A stretch of DNA of 64,000 nucleotides. Origin: Dehalococcoidales bacterium. GTDB taxonomy: Bacteria > Chloroflexota > Dehalococcoidia > Dehalococcoidales > BS750m-G39. This document shows positions 54,464 through 62,702 of the stretch, piece by piece. Made by a program: the position numbers and the translations under genes. The stretch is from contig DAOULR010000025.1 of assembly GCA_034419075.1 (NCBI GenBank), positions 9,065-73,064 of the forward strand, written 5' to 3'. Every line of letters begins with the position of its first letter. Within the stretch, counting starts at the first letter, position 1. The notes below the pieces were generated by a model. That model was not told the DNA's origin and did not search any database. It saw only the letters and a program-made list of their open reading frames with translations.

Positions 54464-54675
54464 CCCCACCCCACCTTGTTCAGCGTACGCTGTTCTGACC
54501 CACCCTACCCTCCCTTAGAGGGGATTCTCCCTCTAGAATTCCTTCCGGGGACACGCCACCCCTTTCCCCCTAGGGATTTGCCTACATACATTTCAGGGGT
54601 TCCCAAGGGGGGCTTCGCCCCCCTTGGGAAGATGTTTCTGGGCGGGACGGGTGGGAAAGAAGACTTGGGGTGGGG
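54464..54675. repeat. Structured intergenic repeat family B (full-length copy, about 210 bp, MITE-like)
   Basis: Ends are inverted (CCCCACCCCACC ... GGGGTGGGG), with CCCACCC/GGGCGGG sub-terminal boxes and a central hairpin ccaaggggggcttcgccccccttgg. Aligns end to end with 60208-60383. Confidence 0.75.
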
Positions 54676-54676
54676 A

Positions 54677-54715
54677 TAAAAAAAGACCCGGGGAGTTTTC
54701 CGCCCCCCAGGTCTT
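54677..54715 (-). terminator. Rho-independent terminator of the acyl-CoA dehydrogenase gene
   Basis: Minus strand reads aagacctgggg-ggcggaaaact-ccccgggtctt followed by TTTTTTT, starting 9 nt after the stop at 54724. Confidence 0.7.
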
Positions 54716-54723
54716 AGAGAGCG

Positions 54724-55881
54724 CTAAAGGTCGAATACCTTTTTCTTGCGCAGCTCGAAGGCAATCTCGTTACGCAGGACCTGATTGGAGCCCTCGTATA
54801 TCTGGGTAATCTTGGCGTCGCGGAACATCTTCTCGATGGGGTAATCACGCATATAGCCCACGCCGCCGAAGATTTGCATGGCATCAGTGGTGACCTTCAT
54901 CGCCGTGTCCGAGGCGAAGACCTTGCACATCGCCGACTCCTTGGTGAAGTCCTTGGCGCCGCCATCTATCATACGGGCGGTGGAATAGACCAGCGCCCGA
55001 GCTGCTTCCACGCGCATGGCCATCTCGGCCAGCATCTGCTGGACCGCCTGCTGGGCGTAGATGGGGTGGCCGAACTGGACGCGCTGCTTGGCGTAGTCCA
55101 CCGCCGCCTCCAGCGCCCCCTGCGCCAGTCCCATCGCTTGGGCGCCTAAGCCCGGGCGGGAGCGGTCTAAGAGCTTCATGGTCAGGATAAAGCCCATCCC
55201 CTCCTTGCCGATAATGCTGTCAGCGGGGATAAAGCAGTCCTCGAAGACCAGCTCTCTGGTCGAGGAAGCACGGATGCCCAGCTTCTTTTCCTTCCTACCG
55301 AAGGTAAAGCCAGGGGTGTCTTTATCGACAATGAAGGCGCTGGCGCCACGGGGGCCCTTAGACTTATCGGTCAGGGCGATAACGGTATAGACCTCGGCAT
55401 CGCCACCGTTGGTGATAAACTGCTTGGTGCCGTTGAGGACATAGCCGCCCTTGGTGGGCGTGGCCGTGGTCTTGATGCTGCCGGCGTCGCTGCCGGCTTC
55501 GGCTTCGGTCAGGCCGAAGGCAGCCATCTTACGGCCGCTGGCGATATCGGGCAGGTATTTCTTACGCTGCTCGTCGGTGCCGAATTCAAGCAGGGTAAAG
55601 GTGCCCAATCCACTGGCGGCATAGCTGACGGCGATACCGCTGCACACGCGGCTTAGCTCTTCCACCACTATGCAGAGGTCGAGCAGACCGCCGCCCAGCC
55701 CCCCGTACTCCTCGGCGATGTAGACGCCGAAGAGGCCGGCATCGGCCAGGATTTTCATTATCTCCCAGGGGAACTCCTCTTTTTCATCGAGCGCTGCCCT
55801 CACTGGCAGCACCTGTTCCTCAGCGATGGTTCGCGTTAGCTTCCTGATTTCCTTTTGTTGCTCGGTTAAGAAATAATCCAA
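54724..55881 (-). CDS. Acyl-CoA dehydrogenase (canonical, short/medium-chain type)
   Basis: GLTEAEAGSDAGS and a C-terminal QIYEGSNQV carrying the canonical catalytic Glu. The track ORF extends to 55941; the TTG at 55881 (LDYFLTEQQKE) follows GGAGG. Confidence 0.9.
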   Translation of the reverse strand: MDYFLTEQQKEIRKLTRTIAEEQVLPVRAALDEKEEFPWEIMKILADAGLFGVYIAEEYGGLGGGLLDLCIVVEELSRVCSGIAVSYAASGLGTFTLLEFGTDEQRKKYLPDIASGRKMAAFGLTEAEAGSDAGSIKTTATPTKGGYVLNGTKQFITNGGDAEVYTVIALTDKSKGPRGASAFIVDKDTPGFTFGRKEKKLGIRASSTRELVFEDCFIPADSIIGKEGMGFILTMKLLDRSRPGLGAQAMGLAQGALEAAVDYAKQRVQFGHPIYAQQAVQQMLAEMAMRVEAARALVYSTARMIDGGAKDFTKESAMCKVFASDTAMKVTTDAMQIFGGVGYMRDYPIEKMFRDAKITQIYEGSNQVLRNEIAFELRKKKVFDL

Positions 55882-55949
55882 GACAGTCCTCCCGAACGAG
55901 TTTTCAAAGACTAAAATTGTGCTTATTATAAGCCGAGTCAACTACCCCA

Positions 55950-55976
55950 TGTCAAGGACGAAAGCAAACCTTGACA
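55950..55976. promoter_or_regulatory. Perfect 8-bp palindrome in the divergent ACAD / AsnC-like intergenic region
   Basis: TGTCAAGG-N11-CCTTGACA. The right arm contains TTGACA, which with an 18-nt spacer and TATATG could be the + strand promoter. Candidate operator. Confidence 0.3.
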
Positions 55977-56047
55977 CTATGCCACCATAAAAGGTATATG
56001 TATATATTGGAATATTCCCCGCATTTAAACGACGAGGAGGTGCCTCA

Positions 56048-56287
56048 ATGCAAGCCAAGGCTTTTGTGCTGATTGAAACGGCGGTGGGCAGGAACAAGGA
56101 CGTAGCTAACGCCCTGAAGAAGCTCAAGGGAATGAAGTCGGTTGATATCGTAACCGGTCCTTATGATATAATCGCCATACTGGAAGGCGAAAGCCTGAAC
56201 GACATCGGCGACCTGGTCACTGGTAGCATCCATCCCATTAGCGGCATCTCCCGAACCGTGACGTGCCTGTCAATCAAGGGAGGGTAG
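56048..56287 (+). CDS. Lrp/AsnC-family ligand-binding (RAM) domain-only protein
   Basis: 79 aa. KAFVLIETAVGRNKDVANALKKLKGMKSVDIVTGPYDIIAILE is the stand-alone AsnC-type effector domain pattern. SD GAGGAGG. Confidence 0.75.
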   Translation: MQAKAFVLIETAVGRNKDVANALKKLKGMKSVDIVTGPYDIIAILEGESLNDIGDLVTGSIHPISGISRTVTCLSIKGG

Positions 56288-56347
56288 AAACCCCGTTCGG
56301 ATTTTAAGCTAGATCAAAGACCAAGCCTAGAAAGGGAGAACCGAACT

Positions 56348-57520
56348 ATGGATTTTAGACTGAGCGAGGAGCAGGAGAAGTTCCGGCAGGAGATTCGCGA
56401 CTTTCTGGAGGGGGAGATAAAACAGGGGCTCTGGGAGGCGAGATGCGACGCCTGGATAATGGCTCACGACCCCGAGTTCACCAAGCGGGTGGCCCAGAAG
56501 GGCTGGATAGGCCTGACCTGGCCCAAGGAATACGGGGGGCAGGGGCGCTCTTACGTCGACCGCCTTATCCTGACCGAGGAGATGCTGCGCTACGGTGCGC
56601 CCGCCGCCTGCCACTGGTTCGCCGACCGACAGATCGGCGGCGCCATCGTTCACTACGGCACCGATGAGCAGAAGAAGGAGTTGCTGCCCATGATTCTGCG
56701 GGGCGAAGCCTACGTGGGGCTGGGCATGAGCGAGCCCGATGCCGGCAGCGACCTGGCTTCGCTTAAGACGAAAGCCACCGAGGATGGCGACGAGTTCATT
56801 ATCGACGGGCAGAAGACCTGGACAAGCGGCGGCAGCCACATGAACTGGATATACCTGGTGGCGCGCACCGACCCCGAAGCCCCCAAGCACCGGGGTATCA
56901 GCGAGTTCTTCTTCCGCACCGATTTGCCGGGGGTAAATGTAGTCCCCATCGTCGATATTACTGGTGACGCGCACTTTAACGAGGTCTTCTTCGAGAATGT
57001 GCGCATCCCCAAGACTAGCCTCATCGGCGAGAGGAACAAGGGCTTTTACCAGATCTTAAACCAGCTTGACTACGAAAGAAGCGGCATGGAACGGCTGATG
57101 GCCAACTATCCCCTCTTCGAAGCCTTAATAAAGTACGTCAAGGAGACCAAGCGTCATGGCAAACCACTATCCCAGGACCCGCTGATTCGAGCCAAGATGG
57201 CGCAGCTTAAGATTGAGCTGGAAATCGGGCGGCTGCACATGTACCGGGTGGCTATGGTTATGGACGAGGGGCGCGCCCCCAACTGGGAGTCGTCGATGTC
57301 CAAGGTCTACGGCACCGCCTACGAACAGCGCCTGGCTGGCGCCGCCATCGAGATTACGGGACTCTATGGGCAGCTTCCGCCTCAATCGAAGTGGACGCCG
57401 ATGCACGGCATGGCCTATCATTCCTACCTGTCGTCCAAGGGTTACAGCCTGCAGGCGGGCAGCTCGGAGGTCCTGAAGAACATTCTGGCTCTAAGAAAGC
57501 TGGAAATGCCCAGCGAGTAG
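56348..57520 (+). CDS. Acyl-CoA dehydrogenase family protein (non-canonical catalytic position)
   Basis: 390 aa. GMSEPDAGSDLAS and DGQKTWTSGG. Where MCAD-type enzymes have YEGTSE, this protein has LQAGSSEV (Ala in place of the catalytic Glu). Confidence 0.85.
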   Translation: MDFRLSEEQEKFRQEIRDFLEGEIKQGLWEARCDAWIMAHDPEFTKRVAQKGWIGLTWPKEYGGQGRSYVDRLILTEEMLRYGAPAACHWFADRQIGGAIVHYGTDEQKKELLPMILRGEAYVGLGMSEPDAGSDLASLKTKATEDGDEFIIDGQKTWTSGGSHMNWIYLVARTDPEAPKHRGISEFFFRTDLPGVNVVPIVDITGDAHFNEVFFENVRIPKTSLIGERNKGFYQILNQLDYERSGMERLMANYPLFEALIKYVKETKRHGKPLSQDPLIRAKMAQLKIELEIGRLHMYRVAMVMDEGRAPNWESSMSKVYGTAYEQRLAGAAIEITGLYGQLPPQSKWTPMHGMAYHSYLSSKGYSLQAGSSEVLKNILALRKLEMPSE

Positions 57521-57545
57521 CGGATTTTATTAGGAGGCAATGATA

Positions 57546-58661
57546 ATGCAGTTAGCTCTCTCTGAAGAACAGGAAATGTTGAGGACAATGGCCCGCGATT
57601 TCCTGACCGACAAGCTACCCAAGGCGACGGTCAAGGAGATAGAAGAAAGCGAGGCGGGCTATTCTCCGGAAATATGGAAGGAAATGGCGGGGCTGGGGTG
57701 GGTGGGCTTGGCCTTCCCCGAAAAATACGGCGGCAGCGGCATGAGCTTCCTCGATTTGGCCATACTGCTGGAGGAGATGGGGCGGGCCTGCCTGCCCGGT
57801 CCCTATTTCTCTTCGGTGGTCTTGAGCGGCTTTACCATCCTGGATGTCGGCAGCGAGGAGCAGAAAGCGGAATACTTGCCCAAGATAGCCAGCGGCGAGA
57901 AGATTTTTACCCTGGCTTTGACCGAAGCCAGCGCCAGCTACGACGCCGACGGCATTGAGACCAAAGCCGTCGCCGAGGGCGACAACTACGTCATCAGCGG
58001 CACCAAGCTCTTTGTCCCCGACGCCAATGTAGCTGATTATATGCTGGTGGTGGCCAAGACCGACAAAGGGTTTACGATATTTATCGTTGACACCAAGAGC
58101 GAAGGCATCAGCCATACTGTCCTGAAAACAATGGCCGGGGACAAGCTCTGTGAGGTGGTCTTCGACAAGGTGAAGGTGCCCAAGGACAATATACTGGGCG
58201 AGCCCGACCAGGGTTGGGCGGAGGTGGAGAAGATAATCCAGCGGGCGGCGGTGGCCAAGTGCTGCGAGATGGTGGGCTGCATTCAGCAGGCGCTGGATAT
58301 GACCGTGGAATATTCCAAGGACCGCAAGCAGTTCGGCCGACCCATCGGCAGCTTCCAGGTTATCCAACATTATTGCGCCGACATGGCCACCGACGTTGAC
58401 GGCACACGGCTTTCCGCCTACAAGGGCGCCTGGATGCTCAGCGAGGGCCTGCCCTGCACCGAGGAGGTCGCTATCGCCAAGGCCTGGGCGGGCGAAGCCT
58501 GCCAGCGCGTCATGGCCCTGGCCCACCAGATTCACGGGGCTATCGGTGTGACCATAGACCACGACCTGCAGTACTACACGCGGCGGGCCAAGGCGGCCGA
58601 GGTCAGCTTCGGCGACGCCAAATTCTACCGCGAGGTGTTGGCTAAGGAGATGGGACTGTAG
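57546..58661 (+). CDS. Acyl-CoA dehydrogenase family protein (second subunit of a tandem pair)
   Basis: About 371 aa. ATG at 57546 is 8 nt after AGGAGG (the track start is 57540). LTEASASYDADG and a C-terminal RRAKAAEVSFGDAKFYRE instead of a YEG motif. Confidence 0.85.
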   Translation: MQLALSEEQEMLRTMARDFLTDKLPKATVKEIEESEAGYSPEIWKEMAGLGWVGLAFPEKYGGSGMSFLDLAILLEEMGRACLPGPYFSSVVLSGFTILDVGSEEQKAEYLPKIASGEKIFTLALTEASASYDADGIETKAVAEGDNYVISGTKLFVPDANVADYMLVVAKTDKGFTIFIVDTKSEGISHTVLKTMAGDKLCEVVFDKVKVPKDNILGEPDQGWAEVEKIIQRAAVAKCCEMVGCIQQALDMTVEYSKDRKQFGRPIGSFQVIQHYCADMATDVDGTRLSAYKGAWMLSEGLPCTEEVAIAKAWAGEACQRVMALAHQIHGAIGVTIDHDLQYYTRRAKAAEVSFGDAKFYREVLAKEMGL

Positions 58662-58662
58662 C

Positions 58663-59505
58663 CTAGAGCTTCTGCAGTCTGGCTAATACTTCTTCTATGG
58701 TCGCTTCGGCAGTGGAAGCGCCCGAGGTTACCCCAATATTCTGCTTACCTTTAAACCATTCGGGCTCTATGTCTTTCGCCGTCTCCACCAGGTGCGTCTC
58801 GGTAACCGCCGAGCAGAGCTCGGCCAGGCGATTGGTGTTGGCGCTGCCCCTGCCTCCGATAACCAGCATCAGGTCAACCCTTCCTGCCAGTTCCAGCGCC
58901 TGAGCCTGCCGTTTCCTGATGTCGTGGCAGATGGTATCGATAACGCGCAGTTCGGAGTCTCGGCTAAAGGCGCCGTCGATGAGCTTCTTGACGAATTTTA
59001 CGAAGTCGGCGGGTATCTGGGTGGTCTGGGAGAGGACACCGATGCGGCGGGGCAGAGACTCTAATTTAAAGATATCCCTTTCGTCCAGGGTGGCTAACCC
59101 CTTCCCCTCCGCCCAGCCCAGGACGCCCCTGACCTCGGTGTGGTCGGCATCGCCGTAGATAACCACCAGAAAACCAGCCCTAGCCAGCCTGCGGGCGGCG
59201 GTCTGGAGGCGGTGAACGAAGGGGCAGGTGGTATCGACGATGTCGATTTTCCGCGCCTTAATCTTTTCCTCTATTTCGGGGGCAACGCCGTGAGAGCTGA
59301 TGACCACCGCCTTACCCTTAATGTCTTCAACGTCTTTGGCCACCTTGACGCCGATGCCCGCCAGCCTCTGCAATACCTGCTGGTTGTGCACCACCGCCCC
59401 CAGCGTTTCCACTCCGCCCCGCTCAGCGCAGACCTTCTCCAGTATATCGACGGCGCGCTTGACGCCGAAGCAAAAGCCAATCTCTTTAGTCTTTTCAATC
59501 TTCAC
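58663..59505 (-). CDS. ispH: 4-hydroxy-3-methylbut-2-enyl diphosphate reductase
   Basis: VKIEKTKEIGFCFGVKRAV..., VHNQQV, TCPFV and SANTNRL motifs. GTG at 59505 forms a GTGA overlap with the plsC stop. The track ORF (to 59676) is a GC-driven extension. Confidence 0.9.
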   Translation of the reverse strand: MKIEKTKEIGFCFGVKRAVDILEKVCAERGGVETLGAVVHNQQVLQRLAGIGVKVAKDVEDIKGKAVVISSHGVAPEIEEKIKARKIDIVDTTCPFVHRLQTAARRLARAGFLVVIYGDADHTEVRGVLGWAEGKGLATLDERDIFKLESLPRRIGVLSQTTQIPADFVKFVKKLIDGAFSRDSELRVIDTICHDIRKRQAQALELAGRVDLMLVIGGRGSANTNRLAELCSAVTETHLVETAKDIEPEWFKGKQNIGVTSGASTAEATIEEVLARLQKL

Positions 59506-60161
59506 TGCTTGCTCCCATAGACCCCCCGATACTCCGGGGGGAGAAGCTCGGCGATGCGCCGCATAATAAGCTCGGTGTGGTCGGCCAGCTCGTCCTTGGT
59601 CAGCCTGCCGCCCGCCTTGGGCAGCGAGAAGGTTTTGCCGATATTGACCGTTATCTGGGGGCGGCGGAACAGCCATAGCCCCTTAAGCCTTTCCGTGCCG
59701 AAGATGCCTACGGGGAGGATGGGCACAGTCTGGCGGCTGGCGATGAGCGCCGAGCCGGGGAAAGCCCTCTGGAGTTGAGCCTTCGGGCTCCTCGTCGCCT
59801 CGGGGAACATCAGCAGCACCCGCCCCTCCGCCAGGACCTGCGCCGACTGGCGTATCGCCTTTCTGTCCAGCCTGCCTCTATGCACCGGGAAGGCACCCAG
59901 GCTGCTCAGGAAGTAGCCCAGAGGGGGGAACCGGAAGAGCTCTTCTTTAGCCATAAAGAAGACTTGCCGACCCAGGCTGACGCCGAGCAGGGGCGGGTCG
60001 TTGAAATTGAGGTGGTTGGACACCACCAGCACCGCGCCTTTAAGGGGGACATTCTCTCTGCCCCTGACCCGCCAGCAGCTAAAGAGCCTGAAAAACGCCC
60101 CGACAATGACCTTGCCGATAAGATAGAGCCAGAACAAATGATAACTCCGATAATATGTCAA
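59502..60161 (-). CDS. plsC: 1-acyl-sn-glycerol-3-phosphate acyltransferase
   Basis: 219 aa. SNHLNFNDPP (NHxxxxD) and FPEATRS motifs. Confidence 0.85.
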   Translation of the reverse strand: MTYYRSYHLFWLYLIGKVIVGAFFRLFSCWRVRGRENVPLKGAVLVVSNHLNFNDPPLLGVSLGRQVFFMAKEELFRFPPLGYFLSSLGAFPVHRGRLDRKAIRQSAQVLAEGRVLLMFPEATRSPKAQLQRAFPGSALIASRQTVPILPVGIFGTERLKGLWLFRRPQITVNIGKTFSLPKAGGRLTKDELADHTELIMRRIAELLPPEYRGVYGSKQ

Positions 60162-60207
60162 TCAATTATAACCCCCGATAGGGGCAAAGACAAACACCCT
60201 GGTTTTC

Positions 60208-60383
60208 CCTGCCCCACCTTGTTTAGCGAACGTCTTTCTGTCCCACCCAATACCCACCCTATAAGGGTAGTATCCCTTTTTATAACCCTCTTAAGATTAT
60301 GGGGGCTTCCAAGGGGGCTTCGCCCCCTCTGGAAAAGACCTTTGTGGGCGGGCTGGTGTGGGAAAACAACCTGGTGGGTGGGG
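60208..60383. repeat. Structured intergenic repeat family B (copy 4)
   Basis: ccctgccccaccttgtttagcgaacg...cccaccc...ccaagggggcttcgccccctctgg...gggcgggctggtgtggg...ggtgggtgggg. Collinear with 54464-54675. Confidence 0.75.
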
Positions 60384-60408
60384 ACAACCTCTTGATTAAA
60401 GCCGCTTT

Positions 60409-61434
60409 ATGCTTCATAATAGCCAGATAGACATGAAAAAACTAACTATCGGTAAGCTGAGGGGCCTTCAGGAACTGGCTAATAACGACGGCGTCTTTAA
60501 CATCTGCGCCATGGACCACCGCCGCTCGATGATGCGCATAATGGAGGGGGGACACGTCGTTGAGGGGAGCACCAGCTACGAGGAAATGTCCCAGCGCAAG
60601 CTGGAGCTTTGCACCCACCTCGCCCCCCACGCCAGCGCCGTATTGCTCGACCCCATATTTGGCGCCGCGCAGTCCATCAGTCACGGCGCCCTGCCCAAGA
60701 GCACCGGGCTGCTGGTCAGCCTGGAAGCCTCGGGCTATTCGGGACCATCGGAACTCCGCATGACCGAGCTGGAGGAGGGGTGGAACGTGGAGAAGATTAA
60801 GCGCATGGGCGCTTCAGCGGTCAAGTTCCTCATTTACTACCGCCCCGACCTGATTGAATTAGCCAACAAGCTGATGGAACTGGTGGAGGCGGTGGGGAGG
60901 GATTGTGAGCAGTACGACATCCCCCTCGTTGTCGAGCCTTTGAGCTACCCGCTGGGTGAGGAAGCCAAAAATCCGGCCCAGTTCGCCACCGCCAAGGAGC
61001 AACTGGTGCCCAAGACCGCCGGACATATCACCGCCCTGCCCGTTGATATGCTAAAGTCCGAGTTCCCCAGCGACCTGCGCTATAACCAGGACAAGGCTAA
61101 GCTCACCGAAATCTGCCGGAAACTGGACAAGGCGTCTCAGGTGCCCTGGGTGGTCTTGAGCGCGGGGGTGAGCTTCGACGTCTTCTGTCAGCAGGTTGAA
61201 ATCGCCTGTGGGGCGGGGGCTTCGGGCTTCCTGGCGGGGCGGGCTATATGGCAGGAGGCGATGAACATCGAAGACCCCAAGGAAAGGGCCAAGATGCTGA
61301 AGACGGTGGGGGCTGACCGGTTAAAGAAGCTGACCGAGATTGCCGCCAAACACGCCGTGCCCTGGTATAAGAAACTGGGGCTCACTAGTGACAAGCTGGC
61401 CGAAACCGCCGAAGGATGGTACCAGCAATACTGA
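60409..61434 (+). CDS. Class I aldolase of the LacD / tagatose-1,6-bisphosphate aldolase family
   Basis: GKLRGLQELANNDGVFNICAMDHR resembles the LacD/YihT N-terminus (..ALAFDQRG..). About 330 aa. The start is ambiguous (ATG at 60409 or 60433, neither with a clear SD). Confidence 0.7.
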   Translation: MLHNSQIDMKKLTIGKLRGLQELANNDGVFNICAMDHRRSMMRIMEGGHVVEGSTSYEEMSQRKLELCTHLAPHASAVLLDPIFGAAQSISHGALPKSTGLLVSLEASGYSGPSELRMTELEEGWNVEKIKRMGASAVKFLIYYRPDLIELANKLMELVEAVGRDCEQYDIPLVVEPLSYPLGEEAKNPAQFATAKEQLVPKTAGHITALPVDMLKSEFPSDLRYNQDKAKLTEICRKLDKASQVPWVVLSAGVSFDVFCQQVEIACGAGASGFLAGRAIWQEAMNIEDPKERAKMLKTVGADRLKKLTEIAAKHAVPWYKKLGLTSDKLAETAEGWYQQY

Positions 61435-61435
61435 T

Positions 61436-62419
61436 ATGAATAACTCCCTAATTTCCACCATAACCCTTAACCCCAGCCTCGACCAGCACCTCACCGTGGA
61501 CGGGCTGGTAGTGGACGGCCCTAACCGTTGGTCAAGGCTGCACCGCTACGCGGGGGGAAAGGGTATTGACGTCTCGCGGGCCATCTACGAGATGGGAGGC
61601 CGGACGATAGCCTACGGCTTCATCGGGGGAACGGTGGGGCGGGCGGTAGAGATATTCCTCGACGAGGAAGGGGTGCCCTTCAGCTTCACGCCAATCATGG
61701 GGGAGACCCGGACCAACTTTATTATCACCGACAGCAAGACCGGCCACCAGACCCGGATTGACGCCCCCGGTCCCCACATCACCAAGGACGAGTTCGCCCG
61801 CTTCCGACGTAAAATGCAGCGCGTCCGCCCCAGCCCCGACTTAATCGTGATGGGGGGCAGCGCCCCACCCGGTGTCCCCAATAATGTCTATTACTCCATA
61901 ACCACGGAGGCTAAGAAATACGGGGTAAGGGCAATCCTGGACGCCGACGGCCAGTGGCTGGCCGAGGGGATAAAAGCCAAGCCCTACCTGATTAAACCCA
62001 ACGTGCGGGAGGCGGCAGAGTTGCTCAAGAGGGAGCTGCCCGACGAAGCTGCTATCATCAAGGCGGCCCGCGACATCGTCGAGAAGGGAATTGAAATAGC
62101 CGTTATCTCGCGGGGAAAGGACGGCATTATCGCCGCCACCAAGGACACAGTGCTTAAGGTAACTCCGCCCGAGGTAAAGGTAAAAAGCGCCGTGGGCGCC
62201 GGCGATTGCACCATTGCCGGGCTTGCCCTTAAGCTGGCTGGTGAAGAGCCATTGACCAAGGCCTGCCGGCTGGCGGTAGCCCTGGGGACGGCCGCCGTTT
62301 TAACCCCAGGTACGGAGCTGGCCCGCCGAGAAGATGTGGAAGAGCTGCTGCCGCAGATTAAGGTGCAGAATATAACCAGGCAGCTGACCAAGACCATCTC
62401 CGCCGGCAAAAAAACCTAA
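61436..62419 (+). CDS. 1-phosphofructokinase family hexose-phosphate kinase (PfkB/FruK/LacC type)
   Basis: ISTITLNPSLDQHLTVD...AGGKGIDVSRA N-terminus and C-terminal VKSAVGAGDCTIAG (PfkB signature). ATG at 61436 is 1 nt after the aldolase stop. The track ORF from 61340 is an overlap artefact. Confidence 0.85.
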   Translation: MNNSLISTITLNPSLDQHLTVDGLVVDGPNRWSRLHRYAGGKGIDVSRAIYEMGGRTIAYGFIGGTVGRAVEIFLDEEGVPFSFTPIMGETRTNFIITDSKTGHQTRIDAPGPHITKDEFARFRRKMQRVRPSPDLIVMGGSAPPGVPNNVYYSITTEAKKYGVRAILDADGQWLAEGIKAKPYLIKPNVREAAELLKRELPDEAAIIKAARDIVEKGIEIAVISRGKDGIIAATKDTVLKVTPPEVKVKSAVGAGDCTIAGLALKLAGEEPLTKACRLAVALGTAAVLTPGTELARREDVEELLPQIKVQNITRQLTKTISAGKKT

Positions 62420-62440
62420 ATGCAGCCAAAGGCCAGCGGT

Positions 62441-62469
62441 TTGACTTCACCCACCCTTTTTGTTATGCT
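62441..62469 (+). promoter_or_regulatory. Candidate promoter of the riboswitch-btu transcript
   Basis: TTGACT (62441-62446), 17 nt spacer, TATGCT (62464-62469). Confidence 0.4.
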
Positions 62470-62475
62470 CTATTA

Positions 62476-62648
62476 AAATTGAATAGTAGTGGGGTGCCCG
62501 AGCGAGAGCGAGGGCTTAAATGGAAGGCAAGAGCGGTGCGAATCCGCCACAGTCCCGCCTGCTGTAATTGAGGCCAAGCCTCATAAGTCAGAACACCAGC
62601 CCCGGTTCCATTCGCCTCCGCGGAAAAGGGGGGCAGGTTATCCGAGAT
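62476..62648 (+). promoter_or_regulatory. Cobalamin (B12) riboswitch
   Basis: aatggaaggcaagagcggtgcgaatccgccacagtcccgcctgctgtaa matches the conserved core (GGAA..GGTG.GAATCC..CA.G.CCCGC.GCTGTAA). B12-box-like agtcagaacaccagcc at 62586-62601. Located upstream of a FecCD/BtuC-type permease. Confidence 0.8.
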
Positions 62649-62649
62649 T

Positions 62650-62684
62650 AATCCCCTTGTCCAGCAGACGAGGGGATTTTTTTA
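62650..62684 (+). terminator. Intrinsic terminator forming the riboswitch expression platform
   Basis: ATCCCCT-tgtccagcagacg-AGGGGAT followed by TTTTTTT, 19 nt before the btuC-like start. Confidence 0.65.
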
Positions 62685-62702
62685 TAGAATAAGGGTCTAT
62701 AG

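Noticed and set aside
57615-58562. 315-aa minus-strand ORF, with the similar 215-aa ORF at 56327..56974.
   Set aside because: Both are exactly antisense to the two acyl-CoA dehydrogenase genes, which have unmistakable ACAD motifs. Their composition (Gly/Ala/Leu/His/Pro-rich) and lack of start signals mark them as GC-driven shadow frames.
59506-59676. N-terminal 57-codon extension of the ispH ORF, with similar extensions of the ORFs at 54724..55941, 61340.., 20329.., 41715.. and 14557..14586.
   Set aside because: The extensions overlap the upstream gene or repeat DNA and are Pro/Arg/Gly-rich. Internal starts with good SDs give proteins that begin at the conserved family N-termini.
7601-60383. 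Whether the recurring repeat units (families A and B) could be a CRISPR array or degenerate array remnants.
   Set aside because: Copies are separated by tens of kb rather than by regular 25-40-nt spacers. They occur in both orientations, and no cas genes are present.
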